In this document: piece after piece, positions 11,525-20,488 of the stretch | How the letters are laid out: the number at the start of each line of letters is the position of its first letter | How positions within the stretch are numbered: the stretch's first letter is position 1 | Assembly: GCA_964012805.1 (NCBI GenBank) | Contig: CAXGUD010000019.1 | Coordinates: 15,798 to 79,797 of the forward strand | Length of the DNA: 64,000 bases | Origin: an uncultured Bacteriovoracaceae bacterium | GTDB lineage: Bacteria; Bdellovibrionota; Bacteriovoracia; Bacteriovoracales; Bacteriovoracaceae | Reading direction: 5' to 3' | Notes under the pieces: generated by a model | Databases searched by the model: none | What the model saw: the letters and a program-made list of their open reading frames with translations, nothing else | What the model was told of the DNA's origin: nothing | Program-made: the position numbers and the translations under genes

Positions 11525-13080
11525 TACTTTAATTCTCCTATATTATTTTCAACTGCTTCAATTATATTATTCTTTTCAACTAGTTCTAAGATATTTTTAA
11601 TATCATCATAAAATACACGATCTTCCTCGATAGGAGGAACGACTTTACGAACTAAATCATATACACTTTCTAGACATGGTGTTGATTTGTATGGTCTTTG
11701 AAATTCAAGGGCTTGAGTGTTACAAAGAATCTCAATGGCAAGGCATGCTTTGACATTCTCTAGGACTTTCCAAAGTTTAAGGCCTGCTGTGACTCCCATA
11801 GAGACATGATCTTCTTTATCTGTAGAAGTGGGTATACTATCAACACTGGCTGGGTGGCAAAAGACCTTATTTTCTGAGGTTAAAGCAGCTGCGCTAACAT
11901 GTGCAATCATAAGGCCACTATTTAAACCGGAGTTTTTTGTTAGGAAAGCTGGCAACTCTGAAAAGCTAGGGTTCATCATCTTTTCCACCCTTCTTTCCGA
12001 GATGTTGCAAATTTCTGCTAAACCAATCGCTAAATAGTCCATACAGAAGGAAAGAGCTTGCCCATGGAAATTACCCCCTGAAATAACTTTGTCTTTGTCG
12101 CAGAAAATTAGGGGATTATCTGTTATGGAGTTCAACTCTGTTTGAACGACCTCCTCTGCATGTCTAATTGTTTGTCTAATTGCTCCATGTACTTGAGGAG
12201 CGCATCTTAGAGAATAAGGGTCTTGAACTCTCTCACAATCTGAGTGAGAGACCATTAGCTCTGAATCTTTTAAAAGTTTTTCAAGGTTTGCTGCACTTTC
12301 TTTTTGACCAAGGTGTGGCTTAAGGCTTGAAATATCTAAGTCAAAAGCTTTAGACGTTCCTCTTATTCCATCTACAGTTAAAGCACATGCAATATCTGAA
12401 AGTTTGATTAAGTTTTTTGACTCGTAGACCGCCATTGCACCTAGTGCAGCCATAATAGCAGTGCCATTTATTAGGGCAAGCCCATCTTTAGGTCCAAGAA
12501 CTGCAGGTCTTAAGTTAACCTCTTTTAAAACTTCAGAAGACTTTCTTTTTTGACCTTTGTAAATAACTTCTCCTTCACCTATAAGTGCTAATGCTAAGTG
12601 AGCTAGAGGAGCTAAGTCACCGGAAGCTCCTACTGATCCCTTTTGAGGAATAATTGGAACAATACCATGGTTTATAAAGTCTTTTAGCAGATTAACTATT
12701 TCTGGGTTTATTCCAGAAAAGCCTGAGCAGAGGCAATTTGTTCTAAGAATCATAATTGCTCTTACAAATTTTTCAGAAAAGGGTTCGCCAATCCCTGTGC
12801 AATGAGATCTTATTAGGTTTACTTGGAGGGTAGCAAGATCTTCTTCAGGGATAAACTTGCTTGATAAAGCTCCAAAGCCTGTATTGATTCCATATACAGG
12901 CTTACCTTTTTTTACAACTTCATGAACGTACTTTCTAGATCGGGCCATTTTCTCTTGTGCGAGATCTGAGATTTCAATTTTCACTTCAGTATGAGGAGAA
13001 AGACTTGCTTCATATAAACTTTTAATTGTAAGGTTTTCACCAGTTAATATAAGTTCTTTATTTTGTTTTGAATTTCCCAT
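11524..13080 (-). CDS. hutH: Histidine ammonia-lyase
   Basis: [20 protein letters not shown] (MIO-forming ASG), [22 protein letters not shown]. Confidence 0.98.
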   Translation of the reverse strand: MGNSKQNKELILTGENLTIKSLYEASLSPHTEVKIEISDLAQEKMARSRKYVHEVVKKGKPVYGINTGFGALSSKFIPEEDLATLQVNLIRSHCTGIGEPFSEKFVRAIMILRTNCLCSGFSGINPEIVNLLKDFINHGIVPIIPQKGSVGASGDLAPLAHLALALIGEGEVIYKGQKRKSSEVLKEVNLRPAVLGPKDGLALINGTAIMAALGAMAVYESKNLIKLSDIACALTVDGIRGTSKAFDLDISSLKPHLGQKESAANLEKLLKDSELMVSHSDCERVQDPYSLRCAPQVHGAIRQTIRHAEEVVQTELNSITDNPLIFCDKDKVISGGNFHGQALSFCMDYLAIGLAEICNISERRVEKMMNPSFSELPAFLTKNSGLNSGLMIAHVSAAALTSENKVFCHPASVDSIPTSTDKEDHVSMGVTAGLKLWKVLENVKACLAIEILCNTQALEFQRPYKSTPCLESVYDLVRKVVPPIEEDRVFYDDIKNILELVEKNNIIEAVENNIGELK

Positions 13081-13096
13081 TTTATTGACCTTTTTC

Positions 13097-13753
13097 TTAC
13101 GACCTTAGTGAAGCAACTTTTGCAGGATAATCTTCCCTTGGATTTTTAAATATATAAGAGCCAGCAACAAGATTGTTTGCACCCTTTTGAATGAGTAAGG
13201 GCGCATTTTGTTGATTAATACCACCGTCAACTTGAATCATATAATTAAAACCTTTTTTAGTTTTTAAATCATTAAAAAATTTAACTTTTTCAAAAGAGTC
13301 CTCCATAAATTTTTGGCCACCAAAGCCAGGCTCAACAGACATGATTAAGATAAGATCCAAACTTTTTAGGATATCATCTGTAAGGTAGCTTACTGTAGAG
13401 TTTGGTTTGAGAGAAATTCCTACACTTGGGAAGTTCTCTTTGGCTTTCTCTATGAGGTAAGAAGTATCTTTAGCGGCTTCGAAATGGAAGGTAAAATTAT
13501 GAAGGTTAAACCCCTTAAAAGTCTCTATATAAAACTCGGGATTATTAACCATTAAATGAGCATCAAGAGGATAATCGGAGACTTTACTTATCTTTTCAAT
13601 AATAGGATGACCAAATGTTAAATTAGGGACAAAGTGTCCATCCATAATATCCAAATGGAACCATAAATCTTTCTGATTAGGGAATGATTTAATTTCTTTT
13701 TCAATATTGAGAAAGTCACACGCTAAAAGGCTTGGTGAAATTATAGTGTTCAT
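13097..13753 (-). CDS. rpe: Ribulose-phosphate 3-epimerase
   Basis: HLDIMDGHFVPNLTFG, DAHLMV, MSVEPGFGGQKF, VDGGI. Confidence 0.98.
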   Translation of the reverse strand: MNTIISPSLLACDFLNIEKEIKSFPNQKDLWFHLDIMDGHFVPNLTFGHPIIEKISKVSDYPLDAHLMVNNPEFYIETFKGFNLHNFTFHFEAAKDTSYLIEKAKENFPSVGISLKPNSTVSYLTDDILKSLDLILIMSVEPGFGGQKFMEDSFEKVKFFNDLKTKKGFNYMIQVDGGINQQNAPLLIQKGANNLVAGSYIFKNPREDYPAKVASLRS

Positions 13754-13757
13754 TGTT

Positions 13758-14717
13758 TTAGACCTCTTCTCTTTTTGGGTTCACTTCAATGGATTCTTTT
13801 GAATTTTTTAATCCATTTAGAAGGTCAATGTCTGAGCTGCGTTTTTTTCCCTCTAGCTGAATTTCTGAGAGCCTCAAAGTTGCATCTAAGCAACCAATTA
13901 AAAGCTCGTTTGAGTCTATTTGAGTTTGACCAGGAGAAATGGTTTCTTGACTTTGCTTTATTGAGAATATTTTAAGCCTTTTTTTACCTAGAAAGCAGTA
14001 AGTTCCTGGCCAAGGGTCAAAAGCCTTCATTTTATTTTTTATTTCAGCAAATCTCATTTTTGAAAAATCAATATGACCATCTTCTCTTTTTAAAGAAGGA
14101 GCAAAGGAAACTTTGGATTCATCTTGGCTTATATAAGTAAGAGTATTATTAATTAGGTTATTTAAAAAAGTGTTGGTTGATAATGCAGCTTGGAACTTTA
14201 ACCTTGTATAGAGTTGACCAAAGTTTTCATTTTTTGAAATCGCAATTTCATTAGAAAGAGCAACGTCTCCAGCATCCATTTTTTTTACCATTTTTTGTAT
14301 AGAGACACCTGTAATACTGTCTCCATTTAATAGTGCGTGCTGAATGGGAGCAGCCCCTCGATAGGAGGGAAGCAGGGATGTATGAATATTAAAACAACCA
14401 TTTTTAGGAATATTTAATACCTTACTTCCTAGAAACTGGGCAAAGGCAAGGACAATAATAGCATCGAGCTTTTTATTTTGGTAAAAGATGTGAGTACTCT
14501 CCTCCTTATTAATATTCTCAGTTTGGAGGAGTGGAATTTTATTGGCTTTAGCAAATTCAGCAACTGGAGGACTTTGAAATTTTTGTCCTCTTCCAGACTT
14601 TCTATCTGGCATCGAAACTACTTGAACGAGATCTACTTGCGGATGATTGTGAAGCATCTCTATTGTTGGCACTGCAAAATCAGGTGTGCCAAAAAAGGCT
14701 ATTTTAAGCTTTTCCAT
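13758..14717 (-). CDS. fmt: Methionyl-tRNA formyltransferase
   Basis: FFGTPDFAV, PDRKSGRG, NIHTSLLPSYRGAAPIQ, MDAGD, PWPG. Confidence 0.98.
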   Translation of the reverse strand: MEKLKIAFFGTPDFAVPTIEMLHNHPQVDLVQVVSMPDRKSGRGQKFQSPPVAEFAKANKIPLLQTENINKEESTHIFYQNKKLDAIIVLAFAQFLGSKVLNIPKNGCFNIHTSLLPSYRGAAPIQHALLNGDSITGVSIQKMVKKMDAGDVALSNEIAISKNENFGQLYTRLKFQAALSTNTFLNNLINNTLTYISQDESKVSFAPSLKREDGHIDFSKMRFAEIKNKMKAFDPWPGTYCFLGKKRLKIFSIKQSQETISPGQTQIDSNELLIGCLDATLRLSEIQLEGKKRSSDIDLLNGLKNSKESIEVNPKREEV

Positions 14718-14748
14718 ATTAAAAGGCCTTATAGTTAAAAGGTTAAGC

Positions 14749-15378
14749 TCAAGAATGAGAAGAGTTTTTCTTCCTTTTTTGCCCTTTGAGGTACTTTTTG
14801 GTCAAGAAGTTTCTTTTGATAAAGCTAAGTCTTTCTAAAAAAACTACGCCATCAAGGTGGTCATTTTCATGTTGAATGCAGACAGAAAGAAGCTCAGTGG
14901 CATCCATTGTCTGACTTTGACCTTCAACATCTTGGAATTCAACAGAGATTTTTTCAAATCTTTTAACTTCTTCGTAAAGACCAGGAAGACTAAGACATCC
15001 TTCCTCGTAGGTCATTTCACCTTCTTTACTCTTTATGACTGGGTTTATGAAGATTAAAGGATTAAGGTTTTCATATGTATAACTTTTTTCTGATGAAGGT
15101 CCAATAGATTCTGCTCTATTATAATCCACATCTAAAACAAATATTCTTAAAGGTTTGCCTACTTGTGGAGCAGCTAAACCTATGCCAGGTGTTTGATACA
15201 TAGTGTATAACATGTTTTGGCAGAGCTTTTTGATTGTTTCGTCAAATACCTTAACTGGCTTTGCAACCTTTTTAAGAATTGGTGATGGGTAAGTAATTAT
15301 AGGAAGCAATTCACCCTTTTCGTGCGAATAAATTTCTCTTTTCGTTTCTAATTCCATAAGTAGCTTCTTAACATGCAT
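14749..15378 (-). CDS. def: Peptide deformylase
   Basis: GIGLAAPQVG, EGCLS, QHENDHLDG. Confidence 0.98.
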   Translation of the reverse strand: MHVKKLLMELETKREIYSHEKGELLPIITYPSPILKKVAKPVKVFDETIKKLCQNMLYTMYQTPGIGLAAPQVGKPLRIFVLDVDYNRAESIGPSSEKSYTYENLNPLIFINPVIKSKEGEMTYEEGCLSLPGLYEEVKRFEKISVEFQDVEGQSQTMDATELLSVCIQHENDHLDGVVFLERLSFIKRNFLTKKYLKGQKRKKNSSHS

Positions 15379-15447
15379 ATTCTAATGTGGTCTAGTCTAT
15401 TTAGGCTTACTCTAAATCTTTACAGGATATTTTTAAATAAATTTAGT

Positions 15448-16365
15448 TTAAAACCTGTATGACAGAGAGAAGGAGTTTTCCTTAATATCGGTAGGTTGGG
15501 TGTTTTTAGTTGTTAAATTGGTAGACTCTGTATTTTTCATTGCGAAGTCTATTGAAAGTTTAGGTTGTACCCAGCCTATTCCAATACCATTAGTTTTTTC
15601 ATCTTTCATGTTGTCTAAGTTCGTACCCAGTCGCAAAAAGAAGTCTTCAAAAACTTTAATTTGAGCGGCAAATTTATACATTGATTCTCCTTCGAAATCC
15701 AAATTATAATTGCCACCGATATCAGCCATTAGCGTTATGAGCCTTTTATAAGAGTATTGCATACCCAGGAGAGTGGGATAATATTCGACTCCTTTTTTGA
15801 AAGGATCTTTGATTGTAAAGCCAAATGAGAAAGACTCGTCGAGAATATGACTAAGTCCCAAAACAAAATGAGAGCTTTCGGAATTGTTATTAGCTTTTCT
15901 TTTTTTTGTAGTTGAGTAAGTAAGGCCTATTGCTGAGCTTTCTCCAAATGGAGAGGATATAGCAAAAGCCCAGCGTTTGCTCTGAGAATCTTTTTCTTTA
16001 TATTTATGATAGCTTGCAGAGCCTTTAAATTTGCCTTTAGAATCTGATGCAATGAATCCTATGTGGCTAGAGTCATCCATTAGCTTTTTTATTCCGTTTT
16101 CTGTAGTTGACGTTTTCTGGTCTGATCGTTGTATATAAAAGGAAGCTAGATTAAAAAATGCCATGGGTGCAGGGTTTAGAATTGTTGACTCATCGATTAA
16201 AAGCGATGCTACACCTGCACCTGCAGTTGACTTAAGTCGAGTTGTTTCAAAGTTGTAGGGGAGACTCCAGCTATTTTTACAAGCAATGCAAAGCAAAAAG
16301 GCGAGGTAGATTTTGATAGTTTGTAAGTTACGGGCTATATTTGAATAGTTTGTTATGCAATCCAA
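15448..16365 (-). CDS. Putative outer-membrane beta-barrel (PorV/FadL-like N-terminal pattern)
   Basis: Signal peptide, RLKSTAGAGVA...NPA pattern, amphipathic strands, ends FSLSYRF. Confidence 0.7.
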   Translation of the reverse strand: MDCITNYSNIARNLQTIKIYLAFLLCIACKNSWSLPYNFETTRLKSTAGAGVASLLIDESTILNPAPMAFFNLASFYIQRSDQKTSTTENGIKKLMDDSSHIGFIASDSKGKFKGSASYHKYKEKDSQSKRWAFAISSPFGESSAIGLTYSTTKKRKANNNSESSHFVLGLSHILDESFSFGFTIKDPFKKGVEYYPTLLGMQYSYKRLITLMADIGGNYNLDFEGESMYKFAAQIKVFEDFFLRLGTNLDNMKDEKTNGIGIGWVQPKLSIDFAMKNTESTNLTTKNTQPTDIKENSFSLSYRF

Positions 16366-16418
16366 GAATCTTATCCTATTTATAAGCTAGCATTTCTTAA
16401 AATTAAGAGGAAAGTATA

Positions 16419-17309
16419 ATGGAAATAAAGAAGGTCGTCATCCCTGTTGCTGGAAAAGGTACCAGGTTTTTGCCAGCAACGAAGGAATTACCAAAAGAGA
16501 TGATTCCTATTATTAATAAGCCCATGATCCAATATGTTGTTGAAGAAGCTATTAACTCTGGAGTTGAAGAGGTTATTTTTGTAACTTCTAGGGGAAAAGA
16601 AGCTATTGAGGATTACTTTTCTAGAAATAAAACCTTAGAAAAGTTTTTGGAAGAAAAACAGAAGTTTCCAGAATTAGAAATGTGTAAAAAAATAGGAGAG
16701 ATGGTAACCTATAGAACGGTAATCCAAAACGAGCAACTTGGTTTAGGACACGCGATATTGTGTGCAGAGGATTTGATTGGAAGTGAAAACTTTGGAGTTA
16801 TTTTAGGAGATGACCTAATTTTAAGCAGAGAACCTGTTCTTAAGCAGCTTATGGAGGTTTCAAAAATCAATAACGATAAATCTGTTATTGGTGTTATGGA
16901 AATAGATCCAAGTGATACAAAGAAGTATGGTGTTATAAGCGGAAGTACTCTTGCCAATGACCCAAGAACTTTAAAGCTGGATGCGATGGTAGAGAAGCCT
17001 GAGCCATTAAAGGCACCAAGTAATTTAGCAACGCCAGGACGCTATATTTTTACACCCAGGATATTCAAGTTTTTGAAAGAGATAAAGCGAGGAGTCGGTG
17101 GAGAGTACCAGTTAACCGATGCAATTAATCTTCTTTGCCAGGAGGAGAAGTTTTTTGCTCATAAATTTAAAGGTGATAGATTTGATACAGGCAATATTCA
17201 GGGTTATTTGGAAGCTACAATTGAATTTGCCTTGCGTGAAGAAAATACAAGAGAAACAATGATATCAATAATTAAAGAGAAAGTTTCGCACTATAATTTA
17301 AGTATTTAA
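16419..17309 (+). CDS. galU: UTP--glucose-1-phosphate uridylyltransferase
   Basis: VIPVAGKGTRFLPATK, PKEM, GLGHA, VEKP, GRY, EYQLTDA. Confidence 0.97.
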   Translation: MEIKKVVIPVAGKGTRFLPATKELPKEMIPIINKPMIQYVVEEAINSGVEEVIFVTSRGKEAIEDYFSRNKTLEKFLEEKQKFPELEMCKKIGEMVTYRTVIQNEQLGLGHAILCAEDLIGSENFGVILGDDLILSREPVLKQLMEVSKINNDKSVIGVMEIDPSDTKKYGVISGSTLANDPRTLKLDAMVEKPEPLKAPSNLATPGRYIFTPRIFKFLKEIKRGVGGEYQLTDAINLLCQEEKFFAHKFKGDRFDTGNIQGYLEATIEFALREENTRETMISIIKEKVSHYNLSI

Positions 17310-17319
17310 GGAAGATAAA

Positions 17320-18381
17320 ATGAAAAGGACTTTATTAATTATCTGTTTTACCTCTCTTTGCTGTTTTTCATCTGTCATGGGTGCTGTTCCAAACACGGAA
17401 GGTTTATTTAGAAACCCGAATAACCCAGACTTGGCCGGAAACTTTGTGGAAACAAATATTCTTTTTGAGGAGTTAGGCAATGAAGAAGATTCGAAAGGTT
17501 TAAATTTGAAAATGGAAGGAAGGGCTGGTTTAATTAAGAGATATTTAAAGCTCATTTTTTCTGTTGATAAAGATAAAAGAATAAGGACGGTTCAGATTGA
17601 GTACGATGGGAAAAAAATGAGGGATAGTGAAATAAGTCAGGTGACCTATTTTCCAAACCTTCTTTCAAAGTTAAAAAAAGATGCAAATTTATCTCGCGTA
17701 TTATTTTACTCGCAAATTTTTATGTTTGCTTTAAATGACTCTAGAGCGATATCGAACTTTTTTAAAAGAAGTAATAGTGATTATGAATTGAATAAAGAGC
17801 TTCTTAATATAGAAAAACTTGCTCTCTTTAAGAGATACAAGAGGTATTTGTCTGCGATCAGAAAAAACAAGGACCTAAAGCAGAGCATTAATTCGCCTTT
17901 ACAAAGCTCCGATGATGAAAAGAAACTTAAAATTAAAGAAATTTTATCATCTAGGACATATAGAGAGAGTAATAAGGTTAAGTTAATCCGAGAAGACGGA
18001 AAGTTTTATTGGTCTCTTGATTTAATGAGAATCAAAGCCCTTTTTGAGAATAAAAGTCATCGTATAAAGAGCTTATTTTTAGAGACCAAAATAGGCAATA
18101 TTTCCTATGAATTTGGAGAATTTATTTCTTTGAATGGTCTTCATGAACTTCCAAAATATATTCATTTTAAAGTTGCGGAAGAAAAAAAATACAAAATATC
18201 GTTCCTATCTTTTAAGAACTTTTTAAGTAAATCAAAGAAGAGAACTATTAGGCAGCGCTATAAAAAATGGAAAGAGAAATTGAAGCTATCTAGAGAAAAA
18301 AATGTAAACAGGGACTTAATGACAACAACTGACTTTGATATTATTTCTCCCTCTCTGGTAAAGAAAAAATTTATCTTCTAG
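17320..18381 (+). CDS. Hypothetical exported basic protein
   Basis: Signal peptide, AAGGA SD, tightly packed between galU and priA. Confidence 0.8.
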   Translation: MKRTLLIICFTSLCCFSSVMGAVPNTEGLFRNPNNPDLAGNFVETNILFEELGNEEDSKGLNLKMEGRAGLIKRYLKLIFSVDKDKRIRTVQIEYDGKKMRDSEISQVTYFPNLLSKLKKDANLSRVLFYSQIFMFALNDSRAISNFFKRSNSDYELNKELLNIEKLALFKRYKRYLSAIRKNKDLKQSINSPLQSSDDEKKLKIKEILSSRTYRESNKVKLIREDGKFYWSLDLMRIKALFENKSHRIKSLFLETKIGNISYEFGEFISLNGLHELPKYIHFKVAEEKKYKISFLSFKNFLSKSKKRTIRQRYKKWKEKLKLSREKNVNRDLMTTTDFDIISPSLVKKKFIF

Positions 18382-18397
18382 AGACCTTTATTATTTC

Positions 18398-20416
18398 ATG
18401 AAAAAAAAGTTTAGCCTAATCGCTGCAAACACACCTTTTAATAATTCTAAATTAATTTATGAAACTAGTTCAATATTTTCAAATTTAGAAATAGGAAAGT
18501 TTATTTTGGTACCTCTTGGGAAAAAAAATATCTCAGGGTGTGTTATTGAAAAAGACTTGCGTGATTTAGATGGCTTAGATGAAAAAAAGATTAAATCTGC
18601 AATTGCAGTAGTTGAAGATTCATATTCGTTAGATGAAGAAGAGGTGAAATTTTTAAAATGGGTTTCTATGTACTATCACTATCCTCTTGGTATGTTAATT
18701 AAAGATGTTGTCCCTAAGTTTTTAAAAAAACCGAGATCGGTAAAATCTCTTATCGGAAAAGGTAGAGAAATAACTTTTAATTTAAATAAAACTCAAGTTC
18801 AATGTGTGAATAAAATAAAGAGTTTTCTAGGGCAAGGTTTTAGTAAGTGGCTTCTTCATGGAGTGACGGGAAGTGGGAAGACAGCAGTTTATTTTGAAAT
18901 AATAAAAAAGGTTTTTGACAGTGGACAATCTGTTTTATTTCTTCTGCCAGAAATAAATTTAACACCTCAGTTTTTAAAGTTTTTTCAAGAGCATTTACCT
19001 ACAAAATTATACTGCTACAGTAGTGCTTTAAATAATTCAGAAAAACTACATATTTGGAAAGAGTTAAAAAGTGATCATGACCCAAAGGTGTTACTAGGAG
19101 TTAGAAGTTCTGTATTTCTACCTTTTAAGAGGCTTGGTCTTATTATTGTAGATGAAGAGCATGATCACTCCTATAAACAGGAAGAGAGGTGTCCATATAA
19201 TGCAAGGGATATTGCCATAAAAAAGGCGCACTCGTTGGATATACCAATTGTTTTGGGTACTGCGACTCCTTCAATGGAGACATATTATAATTTTTCAAAA
19301 AGTTTGGAAGATAAAAAATTCTATTTAAAAATGGAGGAACGTGTCGGAGGAGCTTATTTTCCAAAAATTAATATCATGAACTCTAGCTCAAAAAAGGAAC
19401 AGCTCCAATTTTTCAATTCACTTTGGCCATTCAATGAAGAAAGTATCAAGAAAATTGAAAAAGCTGTAGAGAAGGGGGAACAAGTACTAGTTTTCGTAAA
19501 TAGATTAGGTTTTGCGAAGTACATTCAATGTCACTCGTGTGGAAAACAGTTTGAGTGCCCAAACTGTTCAGTTAATTTAAAATTATTTCATTCTAAGAAT
19601 GTATTATCTTGTAGGTATTGTGAGATGTCTTTCCCAATACCAAGCAATTGTGATGTTTGCGGTAATTCTCAATTAATCCAAAGAGGCTTCGGGACTGAAA
19701 AATGTGAGCAGGTTTTAAAGAGTTGCTTTCCATCTAGAAGAGTTTCGAGGTTCGATAGAGATGAGTTGAGAACATTTTCTCAAATTGAAGGACGTCTAAG
19801 AGACTTTCATAGTGGGAATATTGATATTTTTGTAGGAACTCAAATGCTTTCTAAGGGACATAACTTTGAGAAAGTGAATTTAGTTGTTGTTTTGGGTGTT
19901 GATTCCATGCTTAGCTCATCGGACTATAGGGCCCATGAGAAAATTTATCAACAAGTTAAGCAAATTAGCGGAAGGTCAGGCAGATATAGCAAGGAAAGCG
20001 AGGTATGCATACTAACATCCAATCCTGGGCATAATATTTTTAAATTCTTAAAAGATAACTCTTTAATTGATTTTTATCGTGAGGAAATCAAGGTAAGAAA
20101 AAACTTGAGTTGTACTCCCTATTCAAAGTTTGTTAATTTATCCTTCACATCGAAAAATAGGGAGAAAGTTGTTGAAGACGTTTATTTTGCTTTAAGTATT
20201 CTTGAAAGTCTTCGCGATAATTACTTTGATTCAGTAAAAATTTTTAAACCTAGGGCTCACATCATAGAAAAGTTAGTCAATAATTATAATTGGAATATAA
20301 CTTTGAGTGGGAAAAAACCTAGTGACCTTCACAATATAATTAATAGTCTTGCACTTAATTTAAAGAAAAATAATCTTCAGTTCAAAATTGATATTGATCC
20401 AAGTTACATAAATTAA
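18398..20416 (+). CDS. priA: Primosomal protein N' (replication restart helicase)
   Basis: HGVTGSGKT, LLPEINLTPQ, DEEHD, four CxxC pairs, GTQMLSKGHNF, DIDP. Confidence 0.97.
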   Translation: MKKKFSLIAANTPFNNSKLIYETSSIFSNLEIGKFILVPLGKKNISGCVIEKDLRDLDGLDEKKIKSAIAVVEDSYSLDEEEVKFLKWVSMYYHYPLGMLIKDVVPKFLKKPRSVKSLIGKGREITFNLNKTQVQCVNKIKSFLGQGFSKWLLHGVTGSGKTAVYFEIIKKVFDSGQSVLFLLPEINLTPQFLKFFQEHLPTKLYCYSSALNNSEKLHIWKELKSDHDPKVLLGVRSSVFLPFKRLGLIIVDEEHDHSYKQEERCPYNARDIAIKKAHSLDIPIVLGTATPSMETYYNFSKSLEDKKFYLKMEERVGGAYFPKINIMNSSSKKEQLQFFNSLWPFNEESIKKIEKAVEKGEQVLVFVNRLGFAKYIQCHSCGKQFECPNCSVNLKLFHSKNVLSCRYCEMSFPIPSNCDVCGNSQLIQRGFGTEKCEQVLKSCFPSRRVSRFDRDELRTFSQIEGRLRDFHSGNIDIFVGTQMLSKGHNFEKVNLVVVLGVDSMLSSSDYRAHEKIYQQVKQISGRSGRYSKESEVCILTSNPGHNIFKFLKDNSLIDFYREEIKVRKNLSCTPYSKFVNLSFTSKNREKVVEDVYFALSILESLRDNYFDSVKIFKPRAHIIEKLVNNYNWNITLSGKKPSDLHNIINSLALNLKKNNLQFKIDIDPSYIN

Positions 20417-20440
20417 ATTTTATTTAGATAAATCCTTTTT

Positions 20441-20468
20441 TAAAATTTTTTGTAGGACATGCCGATAA
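20441..20468 (+). promoter_or_regulatory. Sigma-28 (FliA)-type promoter
   Basis: TAAA (20441) N16 GCCGATAA (20461-20468); perfect -10 element, spacer one base longer than the usual 15. Confidence 0.65.
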
Positions 20469-20488
20469 TATATATCAGGAGATATTAT

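Noticed and set aside
20459..20488. ORF-track start of the 847-aa protein
   Set aside because: Lies within the sigma-28 -10 motif; SD and signal peptide fit ATG 20489.
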